A stretch of 64,000 nt of DNA from Neoechinorhynchus agilis (Eukaryota; Animalia; Acanthocephala). The DNA is taken from contig CM121341.1 of NCBI GenBank assembly GCA_051530055.1, positions 930,001 through 994,000 of the forward strand. The letters are read 5' to 3'. The notes beneath the pieces are model-generated. The model was not told where the DNA came from. It saw only the letters and a program-made list of their open reading frames with translations, and made no database searches. Made by a program: the position numbers and the translations under genes. This document shows, piece by piece, positions 37,319-50,693 of the stretch (its first letter is position 1; the number at the start of each line of letters is the position of its first letter).

Positions 37319-38855
37319 ATGTTAATCGCCTATGTGCCGCCATTAGTGCTCCGTTGTTTCACCCGCCGCCGTCGTCTGCACTCATTGATTTCGCAGTTAT
37401 CGCTGCCGCATAGATCGCCGCCGCAAATCCGTGCCAAAAGCTACCTTCTCTCGTCCTGTGTAAAAGAACTCCGCCTCGTTATGGACAATGGAACAAAGTA
37501 TTTGGACAAGACTCAGTTTAATAGGACAATCAATTTGCCTTATGTAATTGTCGACAAGAAATACTACGAGCTATGGAAAGATATGCTCAAACACAATACA
37601 TTTCGTCGCAGCTCTTCGTGCAATTGTCGCCCTGACACTACCCTTCCATCGGATGATCCTCTACACGAAACCCATAAGAAACTATTTTTGAACAATACTG
37701 AATTTACGTGTCTAGAAGACGTTCAAAGATATGCAAAAGAAAAGTATCGGGAACGTCTTGCTCCTCAATTTCCGAATCCATGGACTCGGATCTGTAGATT
37801 TGGCCATGAGGACGTGTATATTACATACGAAAACGTGAGTATATCGGATGCGATTTCTGCAATACTGCCAGAAGATCTCGTTGACACTAGTGTGAATAGA
37901 GGCGGATACAAAGCGATAGGACATATTGCTCAAGTCAATCTGCAGGATGATGTTCTGCCTTATAAGTACGCCATAGGACAGATTTTGCTGGATAAGGTTT
38001 CGGGATGCAAAACAGTTGTAAACAAACTAGGAAAAATCGAGAATCTGTACAGAAATCTTGAATTTGAATTGATTGCCGGTGAACCTGATTACGTTGCTGA
38101 ATGTGCTGAAAATGATTGTGTTTACAAAGTCGACTTTACTCGTGTCTATTGGAATCCGGGATTGTCGAGTGAGCGAGAACGGACTGTAAAAGCAATTGAT
38201 CGTGGATCGATTGTGTTTGATGTTTTTGCTGGTATTGGTCCATTTAGCATTCCGCTAGTTAAGAAGAGATGCGAAGTTCATGCAAATGATTGGAATCCTG
38301 ATTGTTACGAACATATCATTCATAACATTGAGAAGAACTGTAAAACTTTAAAAGAAGCGGAACATTTATTTACTCCTTATAACATGGAAGGTCGTGAGTT
38401 TTTAAGGACAGTCGTCGTGCCAACCATTCTTGGCGAAAAAGTTAAACATGGTGACGGTCTTAATTCTAATGAAAACGTTCATATTATCATGAATTTGCCT
38501 GGATCCGCCGCCGAGTTTTTAGAATTAGTGGTTAAGAGTGTGTGATTGCAAAACTTCTCAACCACTGGTCGTAGACGAACTTGTTCCAATCTACGAAGCC
38601 CGTCCGTCTGCAACCAGGGCTCATGTTTTCGTTCAATGTTACTCATTTTCGCATTCAGAAGTCGGAGTGAACCAGCTGAGACGTCAAATGAATCGCATTT
38701 TCAATACCGATTTTAATGGATTTGTCAAAATTCGAGAAATCAAGCACGTGGGACGGTACAAGAATACTTATTGTATACATCTTTGCATTACAAAAAACAC
38801 AGACGAGTTCATGTTCCAGCAACATGTTAGCTCTTTTCGTGCCGGCCATGAGTAA
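37319..38855 (+). CDS. TRMT5: tRNA (guanine-37-N1) methyltransferase Trm5, two exons
   Basis: IGHIAQVNL, KTVVNK, FELIAGE, VYWN..L..ERER, DVFAGIGPFSIP, ANDWNP, MNLP and VQCYSF motifs; interruption at 38523-38574. Confidence 0.92.
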
Positions 38856-39290
38856 ATCAATGGGAACGGTCTTTTAGAATGTACAGGCTTCGTTTTTGTT
38901 TTATAAAGGATTTATTTTCTCCAAATTACATTTCAATGTAAAAATTTATTACTGTAAGAGAGATTATTTGAACATTTTCTTTGCCATTAGACGGTCAGCA
39001 AAACGGATTTATGGCTTCATAAGTTTTTTATTTCGCACAAACCGCCTGGATTATAATGCAGAACCATTTAAAGGTTTTTCTGGCGGAAATGTCTTAAATA
39101 TACGTTACTAATAATATAAAATGCCGTGCATATCAATTATTCTTTGATTCCTTCGCTGACTTGTTTGAGTCAACCATGAGCGAAAAAAATCTTAAATAAT
39201 ATGTATTTTAATTCGTCCGTGCTTAATTAACGTTCTCTTATTTTTTAGAACATTTTCACATAAAACTATCTGACGGAATCAATTCGAAAG

Positions 39291-41509
39291 ATGGGCAAAC
39301 GAAAGCATATCAAAAAGCAACCCGAGATGAGCGAAAGAGACCAATTGCACTTACAGGAATTCGGTACAAACCATCCCATTTATGACAAAATTTCAGAAAA
39401 TCATCGTGTTGACCTTAGTAAAACGAAATTAAAGAAACCGAAATTAGTTACTGAATCCGTGGATACGTTCGCAGAAGACGACGTGGATATCAACGCCTAC
39501 AATGATTTGCTGACTGATTTGGGCCTCACGAGATCCTATCGATCCGCAATAAAGGATACTTTTGAGAATACAAATGACATTGTTGAAAGTATAGAAGAGT
39601 ACAATGATGATAAGAGTGAGCGTTCTGGACAGTTTGTTGAATTTATGAGCTGGTTTAAGCTGTGTCGAGGATTCTTAAGTATCTCCATAAAGAATCTTTG
39701 CACTTAACCATATTATGTCTGATGAATTTAAAAAGGAAGATAGCAAGAAGTTACATGGTCTAATAGGAGCTTCTGTGATCGACGACGATAATGTGAAATT
39801 ATCTTATAAATATTTAGACCAATTTAAAGAGTCAAGAATCACGTCCTTTCCAGACATTGAAGATTTTGTTGATCAGAAATCATCCATTATGAAACACTAT
39901 TTAAAGCTCGTTACAAAAACCGTTAATCCAAAGCTAAACAAACTTCTTTTAAGGTCGATATTCCAATACAATGACGTTTGTTTCAGTTTGTCTGATGGGA
40001 ACTTGCAGGCCGCTTATTGTGCCCACAGCGTCTACCATGTCCTGCGAACTCGTGGAGTTGTTTTAGCCGGAGATCAGAAGGTTAAAAATGGTGAAGAAAG
40101 TCTCGATCAGGGATTCACTCGACCTAAAGTGCTATTTTTGGTTCCATTCAGATCAGTGGCACTTCGGATAAACGGCGAATTTTCCTCTTAATAGGAGAGA
40201 AATTCACAAATTATCTCAGTAGATCAAGTTCAAGTTTTTTTATCAATACCAGCACGTTTGAATTCATCCTGATTGGGTTTTCGGATCTCGTGGGGCAAAA
40301 TGTACGTTTATTTGGGTAGCTGAGAAATAACAAAAAATTCGTGACCCTATGGAAAAGATGAAAATCGCCAAAGCTGAAATGATTATTGAGTTAATAAAAC
40401 CGAAGAATAGTAATCAAATTACGATGTCTATGAATCGTCTATTTACCGATTACGGTATAGATTCCGAATTAGAAGAAGTAAAGATGCGCAAAGGGGATGC
40501 GAGCTGGCGAAAGACATTTCGTGGCAACATCGATGACCATTTTCGCCTTGGAATCAATGTTTCACGTCGATCACTTAGCCTCTTCGCTCCATACTATCAA
40601 TCAGACGTTATAATAGCATCTCCTCTTGGTTTGAAGACCTTAGTGACTGGGAGGAAGGAAAAAGCGATCAATTTCCTTTCTTCGATTGAGATAATGGTAA
40701 TCGATCAAGCCGAAGTAATTCTGCAACAAAATTGGGATCATGTGATTTCAGTGATCAATTTAATCAATCGAATTCCATCGGATCCAGCTCATATTGATTT
40801 TTCCCGGGTGCGACATCGTTATCTTGACGGTCACGCATCGAATTTTAGACAAACGATCGTAATCTCTCAGTATCCATCATCGTATTTTAAGAGTTTGATT
40901 GAACGCTGCAGAAATATTAGAGGAGCTTTGTTTATTGATCGAAAACTATCTGAAGGTTCAATTCGACTCCTGCGATTTCCGTTAAAACAAACATTTGTTT
41001 GCCTCAGTAGTAAAGATCGAATAGATGAATTCTTTACTAAAATCATAGAGCCATACACGGGTACTCATATTCGTACAATTATCTATATTCCCAGCTTCTT
41101 CGATTTCGTGTTAATCAAAAACCGAATGAACGATCTACGGACAAACGATCTAAAATTCACATTTTCCATTTTGACTGAACAGTGTTCCTCCAAAGACGCT
41201 GACCGATCTCGGTTTCGTTTCTTTCACAACAAAACTCAATTTCTACTGCTAACTGAACGGTATCATTTTTATCGAAGACATAAAATCAGAGGTGCTGATC
41301 AAGTCGTGTTTTATGATCTTCCAAATGATCCTCGATTTTATGCCGATTTGTGCCATATGCTGGACGAAAGTGCAACCAAACAGTGTATTGCTGCATTTGA
41401 ACGTCGAGATGTAACTAAACTCGTGAATGTACTTGGACAATGTTTAACGGCAAAGATCATTTGTAACAATGATGACAGAGAAGTTTATGTAATAAAATCG
41501 CGTTCATAA
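39291..41509 (+). CDS. UTP25: U3 snoRNA-associated protein 25 (DIEXF), three exons
   Basis: AYCAHSVYHVLRTR, DQGFTRPKVLFLVPFR, FRGNIDDHFRLG, YYQSDVIIASPLGL, FLSSIEI, QNWDHV and LLTERYHFYRR..IRG motifs; interruptions near 39632-39692 and 40172-40373. Confidence 0.92.
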
Positions 41510-41884
41510 CAAACGAAATCCTTTACTATCATTTCTTATCCAATAATGCCTTTAGAGATGGACAATAATATAAATTTCAGTCTTCGATTCATTCTAAAAG
41601 CACAGTGAAAAGCAGCGATAAATGTCGATATTGCTTGCTCGTTAATCCAAATGATTTTCCGTCTCTTCATTCATGTATTTCAAACAAAGATTGATGAGTG
41701 TATCGTAATTGCCAAAGTAGATTTTTTGGCAGGCAAAATCGCATCGCTACACTTCAACTGTTTTTGCATGATTCTTAAATCCTTAAAGAAATCAATATGA
41801 TTAGGACACCGCCGTTGTTTTCAATATCAAAAATAACAATATTCAGCCAATTATATCGATGGGAGAATGTTATACATTCAAAAT

Positions 41885-42085
41885 GTCGATATGTGAGGAG
41901 GTACCGGGTTATATGATTAAAAGTGTTATTTAGGTCTTCACCCGGTAAATACTTTTTTTATTAAAAACGTTTTGAACCTCATCAGGTTCATTATAAGTTC
42001 TTAAAACGAGATGTAAAGAACTCATTATGAATCTGACGTGGTTCAAAACGTCTTTACTAAAAATTCTTTACCGGGTGAAGACACG
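41885..42085. mobile_element. Degenerate copy of the miniature hammerhead fold-back family
   Basis: ATGTCGATATGTGAGG tail; inverted GTCTTCACCCGGTAAA..AAAACGTTTTGAACC arms. Confidence 0.7.
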
Positions 42086-42404
42086 TTCAGCAGCATTCAG
42101 CCTTGACTGCTAAAAATTCCTGCAGGAGCAATAAATTCCTTTTTGTAAAAGGTATAAACGTGAACAGATCTTCGTCTATAGTTTCGCAGACATTTTGGCA
42201 CCAGAATCATGATGAAGTCGAAGGTATGAAGGATGGAATGCAATCGTATAGTTTTAATGTAGCATTCAAACTAAATTTATTCCCAAAAAACAATTTACAC
42301 AAGAGCGAGTTTTGTATTTCCAGCCAATAAGGTTCCTTTATAAAGAAGTTGTTCATATATATGTATTTTTTTGATGATGAGAGGAATAGAGATTGATTTC
42401 TAAA

Positions 42405-42540
42405 TTCCCAATATTTTGTCCGTTTCGTCGGACTTCTTCAGGTTGCTTGTAAGTTTTTATTTTTTTACGCAAACACACTTAAAAATACTTACAGGTAACC
42501 TGAAGAAATCCGACGAGACGGACGAAGTATTGGGAATTCC
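42405..42540. repeat. Fold-back with paired CTGAAGAA(G/A)TCC...GGAC hammerhead-like arms
   Basis: Inverted arms AATTCCCAATATTTTGTCCGTTTCGTCGGACTTCTTCAGG and CCTGAAGAAATCCGACGAGACGGACGAAGTATTGGGAATT. Confidence 0.6.
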
Positions 42541-43489
42541 GTTAGTTGCTATTTTATCGTTTTACTAAAAGATGAGCTATGGAGCAATAAATTCGTCGCC
42601 CGAAAACAATTTAGTGTTTTTAACATCTTATGCGTGGTTCAATCGGTTACGTTTTTAACGAGTGGTGTAAGATGAGGCTTTTGACCTTACCCGGCTGAAT
42701 TATAGGCACTCTGGCCACCGATTTCGGCCAGTGAAGCGTTGATCTGCGCTCAATGCACATGAACGTTCGGTTATGAGTTGAGGCGGGACTCTTCCCTAAA
42801 GCGGTATTCTCGCCCCCTTTGGTTATGAGACATCGACGATAATGGATTTTGATATCTTCGACCCGAACGGGATTAGAATTTCTAATTATACAGTCATGGG
42901 CATTGAGTACATTCCAACGCTTTCCCGTCCAAATCGGTGGGCGGTGTGCTCAGGAAATCAGCCGCGTATAGTTAAAAACATCATTTTACACTACTCGTTA
43001 AAAATTTAGCGTTTAATCGATCGTCTGAGCATTCAAATAACTACATTCATATTTAAGGAAATATTAATGTTTATTAACACTTAACATTTTATCCGAATAA
43101 TAAAATAAGAAAGGCAAAAGTTTGTTCTATTGAGGATCGCATTCGGGTGCGGTTAGATATGTTGTTATTTTGGTCACTTGTCGACATCCGAGGGAGCTCG
43201 TTAAAGACGAATATATTTTTGTTGACGATCCCGGGTTCCCAATGAGTAATGCCTGGTAATTTTGAGATAGAATTGAACAATCAGTCGACACATATATATT
43301 CGTCTTTAATGATCTCTCTCTCTCGGATGTTGACAAGCGACCTAAATGATAATATAAAGGTTTTTGTTTCATATTCAGATTTAAGACAAAACGTAACTGA
43401 GTACCGCTGCCTTCTTTTTTTATGGCATTCCTTCGACAGTTATCTTTAAGAACCATCTTGTCCTAGAACACCACCGAGTCTTATGTTTT

Positions 43490-44660
43490 CTATTCATTCT
43501 TTTTTTCTTTACGTGGATTAGCTTCTCTTATTCCATTCCACTTGCCGAAAGTAAGCAAAAGATTAGTGTTCGCCTTACGGTTAAACATAAATGCAGCCAA
43601 ATGTAGAATGGATATTAGCAGCACGCATAATGCTAGAACCAAATTCAGCGCAAATCCTCTCTGGAACCAGGACATCAATACTCGTTGGCATCCCGTAGTG
43701 TTCATCGTAGTGGATTTATTGCTTCCTGCTCAACAAGACGAGTGTTTGTGCACACCTATTGTTCCGCCACTTACCGTCGCTGTCGAGTTGGAGGAGCTCA
43801 ATCGAGTTGGCGCACTCGGCGACGCTGATGTGTGATTTGCAACAGCTTCTTGGTGGCGTCCTATGAACATAGTCTTTATACGACTGCCAACCACAGCAAC
43901 TATATTGACGCTGAATGCTAGAGCACAATTGGGCGTTCTAGATTTAAAGGCCGTCCTAATTTTAATACTCACGAATTCACAAATAACTCAAGGAGCTCTT
44001 TTGCTTGTACGGGAATCATTACGAGGTCGTCTTTTGAGGTGACTAAGTCAAAAGCACGTTTCCTGTATTCAATCTCCATTGAGGCAAGCCCCTTCAACTG
44101 CATCCGAATAGTCGACACGAAAGGTAAAATCGTCGTGAATGAACCAAGCGATTGCCTTATCACTTAATAAGCAGGAGTTTTCGGACTTTTTTTGTAGAAA
44201 CATTTTGGTTTATACCCATATTCAGAATCCATAATAGGCTAACAGAGGTGCCCGTTATAAATAGCAACAAATTTATCCACGGGATTGTGAGGCAAATCGC
44301 AGTAAGCATGCATTTTCCCATCTCTTTTCCTCCATAAAATACCATTTTACGCGGAAATACGCGAGTTATGTGATTTTCAACTAGACAAACTAAACATTTT
44401 TCGTAGAATTCTCCAAAAACTATTCCCAATTTCACCTGTAAAAGACATCGACAGGTATGCAATCAAGACCACGAATTGGAACTGGGCGAACTTTCGTTTG
44501 TCCCAGTAAAGCATTTGGGAATTGTAGTCGATCCATGAGATCACGTTCTCGTCGTAGCCGAGTTCCGATATGAAAATCCATTGAATTATTAACGGAAGAG
44601 CCAGTAATAGGGAAAGCAGTGATATCGATAAATTGAAAGTAGATATGCCGTCCAAGGTGC
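43490..44660 (-). CDS. Tetraspanin, at least five exons; start codon not identified
   Basis: Four hydrophobic segments; IQRQYSCCG, PRSCC and TTGC cysteine pattern. GT-AG introns 44381-44435, 44098-44186, 43918-43972 and 43729-43774 all give in-frame joins. Confidence 0.85.
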
Positions 44661-47600
44661 ACTAAAGATAAATGTTTATGAATTTATTGTGGATTAAGAA
44701 CGTCTCTGTCTTAGAAAATAATGACTTAGTCGTTTTAGTTTTTAAAGAATATTCATTGCATAGATTTGACTTAACTTTTAAATAGCGTTAAATAGCAACA
44801 AGCGAAATAACATAAAACTCGTAGCGTTACATTTAGTTAATGACATTATTTTCGAGAAAGCGAGTGTTTGGCACAATATCAAAGCTTTTCCGGAAATCAA
44901 TTTTAAAAATTAGTTTACGACTTTAGCTGAGCATAGGGTGTTTTTCGATAAAAGTGCTCGTCGCGTTACGCAAAGTTAATTTATTAATTTTGCAAAATTA
45001 AACGGATTATCTAAAATTTGAATATTCGAACTTTTATAGATTTTTCTATTCAAAAGGCCAAAATTAGCATAAAGTTTTTAAACTCTGTCGCGTTTCATTT
45101 GACCATTTTAAATGATACCAATTGATAAAAATGAGATGTGGGCTTGTCTTTAAAAAAAATCAAAAACTATGAAGATGAGTACGACGAAGCTCGAAACGTT
45201 TATTTACCAAAAAAATTATTTACCGAGTGAAGACTTTTCAAAATTAGTGGTTATTTTTTGGGATGGGGTACCTCATATACAAACCATAGTTAAAAGAGTG
45301 GTCAAACGTGAATTCGTGTTCCGATTTTTCCCTGGACTTAGTCTCTTTTAGACGAGGAACATAAAGGTAGGTAATATTTGCTTTTCCCTCCACACGTTCT
45401 TTAACAATCACGCACCTCCTGCCTCGATCTTTTTCAACCTAATTGAGCAAAATATAATTATGGTGAAAATACTGCTGGTAATAGCATATTTGATTTATTG
45501 GAGATATTTCGCGAGGTAACCTTGTTACCTGGAGTATTTTCACCATAATTATACTTTGACTAACCCGGAGTATTTTAAATCGATGAATAATGAAACAATT
45601 TGGTTAAATCGCGTTGAGGATCTACTTTCAGGACGCAATTGAACACTAGTGTTCTTACTGTCGGAAATGAATAGCTAATGAGAAAGTGTTCTCTTGTGTG
45701 TGTGTGTGTGTGAATGCATTCACATACGCACAGTAGCAGCGCACTGAACATCGACAACGAATTCTGCCACAAACCAGCCTTGAATAAGGTTCTTTTCTTG
45801 TTTGGAGATACCCTGATACACCCGCTTGTTATGATTGTCTGTCGCTGTGATAGTAATGGAGCCTAAACATTGATTAGTATGACAGTTGATCGCATAGCAC
45901 ACTGTCAGAACAGTGCTCGGCAGTCATTGTCTTTTCCATTAACCGCTTTTTTGGCATATAAACAACTAGAGGTTATCCTGTGTGATTGGTCATTAGTCAG
46001 AAATTTAGCTTTGAAGAATTTGAGCGGAAAAAATTGAATTAAAAAAGACGTGTACGAACCACCAAAAGTAAATAAGAAAAAAAGTAGAGTCGATAGGTTG
46101 CGCTGTTGTGCGGTTCTATCGAAATTTCCCCATCACAAAATCTATTTCTTATATAAAGAATCCTTCAGACGAATTCTCCGGATTGTGCCGTATCAAATAA
46201 CGGGTTAAACCATAAAACTTATTGATGAAGTCTCTATCTTTGAGTTCTCTCTAGCAACCGAATAAAATCGAAATTATTTAAACATTCCATGCATAAACGT
46301 TTTAAAGAACATGCGCCGTCTAGTTGCAGATTTCGCGAACCTCGAGAAAAAACCAGTTTTCAGATCACGGTTTTTTAAAAACTAAAAATTACGAAGGTTT
46401 GTTACAGATCAACCCGTTTATTGTTGAGTAAACCAATCGCTAGAGCTTCTAATTAAACTAGAAATGTTTGAAATTCAAATTTCTCTAGAGAAGGCAACGA
46501 CTGTCTACGGGGATTAAGTCCTATTGCAATTTTCTTGAAAGAGTCAACAAATTGTAGAGATACTCATGGAGTAATCGATAAGGCACAAAAAGCAACATGC
46601 ATTAATGTCTTTATCGAATTAGTTTTTGAGAAAGGAGGGTCGATATGTAGGCTCCAAAGAAACATGAGAAAATGGCACTTTGATGGTAATTAAACACCAT
46701 CTTTCGGCTGTAATTTTTTAGATCAACATCATTCATCCGTCTAAGCGGAAACCAAAGCAATGTTTTGAAGAACAACTCAGTGAAAGGATTCAGAATTTTT
46801 TTCTTGTAGTAAACCAAAGGACAATCTCAGTATAGAAAATTACACAGAATTTTGGGACGTTGAGAAGGTATAAAAGCATTTTAAAGGCCGTTGCAGTCTT
46901 GAGGGGAAACTAAGCATCTATAAGAGTTATTTTTCTGACTTAGAAAGCCATAGTAGTTTCTAGAGTTTAATATATGTTGTTTTTATCTTCAATCTAGCAC
47001 GACGAGCACTTTTGTTTTAGAAGTGAAATAAAATAAGGACAAGCGCCATCATTGAAGCATTCCATCTGTACTCTCAATGGCATTATGGAAGATATCTTGC
47101 TCTACATCCATTGGGACGATGATTCCGATTAAAGGGCAGATTAACCCTAATACTGCTTAGGATATTAATACATAAACCTAGAATAAGGATGCGTTTTTGC
47201 AGTAACATATCCCTGGCATAATGAGACAGTGAGCATCTCTTGCTCCCAGTTGTTCTATTCTTGCTATTTGGTATTTAGCCAACTCAGCAAATGGTTCATA
47301 GCTGAGCGTTTATGCCAATCGGGCATATTTGAGAAAGATTCCGTAAGGCGAGAATGAATGCCAAATAGGAAAACCAAATGTCTTGTGTTTTAATAAAATA
47401 TCTTAAAGCAGAAACCTTTACTAACAAAGGAAAATTAAGACAGATAATTTATACTTTTAAATGCCGTATAACAGCCAAGCTAAAGACCTAAAAGTGGCTC
47501 TGCTTCTCATTTCCTCACAGAAAATTGCCCTCGAAACATGCGTTCTTCCCATCATGGCCAGGCTATCCACATTCTATAGCATTCCTCGTTGCTCGCAGCA

Positions 47601-47679
47601 TCGAGTATTTCATGAAGATGCAATACAAACCTCTAAAAAGATGGCCACTGCTTGTAAGTCTAGAGAACGTTTAGATTTA

Positions 47680-50600
47680 AGCCCCTTCTTCGTCTTTATA
47701 TAAATTAGTAATCGAGTTTTCGCCAATTGATATTTCCACCAACTATTAACTTCCCAGTCCTCATTGCTACTCTAAAGAAATTTTAACACGGCAAGCCACT
47801 TGGATGCCCGATAAAAATCCTTTCGATTTGAGCCCCCTTCTTCGTCTTTATATAAATTAGTAATCGAGTTTTCGCCCATTGATATTTCCACCAACTATTA
47901 ACTTCCCAGTCCTCATTGCTACTCTAAAGAAATTTTAACACGGCAAGCCACTTGGATGCCCGATAAAAATCCTTTCGATTTGAGCCCCCTTCTTCGTCTT
48001 TATATAAATTAGTAATCGAGTTTTCGCCCATTGATATTTCCACCAACTATTAACTTCCCAGTCCTCATTGCTACTCTAAAGAAATTTTTACATGGCAAGT
48101 CACTCGGATGGCCGATAAAAATCCTTTCGATTTGTGTCCCCTTCTCCGTCTTTATAAAAATTAGTAATAGAGTATTCGCCCATTGATATTTCCGCCAACT
48201 ATTAACTTCCCAGTCCTCATTGCTACTATAAAGAAATTTTAACATGGCGAGCCACTCGGATGGCCGATAAAAATCCTTTCGATTTGAGCCCTTCTACGTC
48301 TTTATATAAATTAGTAATCGAATTTTCGCCCATTGATATTTCTGCCAACTATTAAATTCCCAGTCCTCATTGCTACTCTAAAGAAGTTTTAACATGGCGA
48401 GCCACTCGGATGGCCGATAAAAATCCTTCCGATTTGAACCCTTTTCGTCTTTATATAAATTAGTAATCGAGTTTTCGCCCATTGATATTTCCACCAACTA
48501 TTAACTTCCCAGTCCTCATTGCTACTCTAAAGAAATTTTAGCATGGCAAGCCGCTCGATGCCCGATAAAATCCTTTCGATTTGAGTCCCTTCTCCGTCTT
48601 TATATAAATTAGTAATCGAGTTTTCGCCCATTGATATTTCCACCAACTATTAACTTCCCAGTCCTCATTGCTACTCTAAAGAAATTTTTACATGGCAAGT
48701 CACTCGGATGGCCGATAAAAATCCTTTCGATTTGTGTCCCCTTCTCCGTCTTTATAAAAATTAGTAATAGAGTATTCGCCCATTGATATTTCTGCCAACT
48801 ATTAACTTCCCAGTCCTCATTGCTACTATAAAGAAATTTTAACATGGCGAGCCACTCGGATGGCCGATAAAAATCCTTTCGATTTGAGCCCCCTTCTCCG
48901 TCTTTATATAAATTAGTAATCGAGTTTTCGCCCATTGATATTTCTGCCAACTATTAACTTCCCAGTCCTCATTGCTACTCTAAAGAAATTTTAACATGGC
49001 GAGCCACTCGGATGGCCGATAAAAATCCTTTCGATTTGAGAACCCTTCTTCGTCTTTATATAAATTAGTAATCGAGTTTTCGCCCATTGATATTTCCACC
49101 AACTATTAACTTCCCAGTCCTCATTGCTACTCTAAAGAAATTTTAGCATGGCAAGCCACTCGGATGCCCGATAAAAATCCTTTCGATTTGAGTCCCCTTC
49201 TCCGTCTTTATATAAATTAGTAATCGAGTTTTCGCCCATTGATATTTCCACCAACTATTAACTTCCCAGTCCTCATTGCTACTCTAAAGAAATTTTAACA
49301 TGGCGAGCCACTCGGATGGCCGATAAAAATCCTTCCGATTTCGGAACCCTTCTTCGTCTTTATATAAATTAGTAATCGAGTTTTCGCCCATTCATATTTC
49401 CACCAACTATTAACTTCCCAGTCCTCATTGCTACTCTAAAGAAATTTTAGCATGGCAAGCCGCTCGGATGCCCGATAAAAATCCTTTCGATTTGAGTCCC
49501 CTTCTCCGTCTTTATATAAATTAGTAATCGAATTTTCGCCCATTGATATTTCCACCAACTATTAACTTCCCAGTCCTCATTGCTACTCTAAAGAAATTTT
49601 AACATGGCAAGCCACTCGGATGGCCGATAAAAATCCTTCCGATTTCGGAACCCTTCTTCGTCTTTATATAAATTAGTAATCGAGTTTTCGCCCATTGATA
49701 TTTCCACCAACTATTAACTTCCCAGTCCTCATTGCTACTCTAAAGAAATTTTAACATGGCAAGCCACTCGGATGCCCGATAAAAATCCTTTCGATTTGAG
49801 CCCCCTTCTCCGTCTTTATATAAATTAGTAATCGAGTTTTCGCCCATTGATATTTCCACCAACTATTAACTTCCCAGTCCTCATTGCTACTCTAAAGAAA
49901 TTTTAACATGGCAAGCCACTCGGATGGCCGATAAAAATCCTTTCGATTTGAACCCTTCTTCGTCTTTATATAAATTAGTAATCGAGTTTTCGCCCATTGA
50001 TATTTCCACCAACTATTAACTTCCCAGTCCTCATTGCTACTCTAAAGAAATTTTAACATGGCAAGCCACTCGGATGCCCGATAAAAATCCTTTCGATTTG
50101 AGTCCCCTTCTCCGTCTTTATATAAATTAGTAATCGAGTTTTCGCCCATTGATATTTCCACCAACTATTAACTTCCCAGTCCTCATTGCTACTCTAAAGA
50201 AATTTTTACATGGCAAGCCACTCGGATGCCCGATAAAAATCCTTTCGATTTGAGTCCCCTTCTCCGTCTTTATATAAATTAGTAATCGAGTTTTCGCCCA
50301 TTGATATTTCCACCAACTATTAACTTCCCAGTCCTCATTGCTACTCTAAAGAAATTTTTACATGGCAAGCCACTCGGATGCCCGATAAAAATCCTTTCGA
50401 TTTGAGCCCCCTTCTCCGTCTTTATATAAATTAGTAATCGAGTTTTCGCCCATTGATATTTCCACCAACTATTAACTTCCCAGTCCTCATTGCTACTCTA
50501 AAGAAATTTTTACATGGCAAGCCACTCGGATGCCCGATAAAAATCCTTTCGATTTGAGCCCCCTTCTTCGTCTTTATATAAATTAGTAATTGAGTTTTCG

Positions 50601-50693
50601 CCCATTGATATTTCCACCAACTATTAACTTCCCAGTCCTCATTGCTACTCTAAAGAAATTTTAACATGGCAACCCGCTCGGATGCCCGATAAA
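47680..50693. repeat. ~152 bp satellite, about 20 copies
   Basis: The TAAATTAGTAATCGAG anchor recurs at 47701, 47853, 48005 and onward; high identity between units. Confidence 0.95.

Noticed and set aside
34151-40373. Stop-codon reassignment or programmed frameshifting as the cause of the split ORFs
   Set aside because: The breaks involve both TAA and TGA plus frame changes, and the inserted segments are not homologous to the proteins. Removal as introns fits better.
47680-50693. Satellite as a CRISPR array, SL RNA cluster or coding repeat (ORFs 48009-48245, 48609-48950)
   Set aside because: No unique spacers, no recognisable leader, donor or Sm site, and unit lengths mostly not multiples of three.
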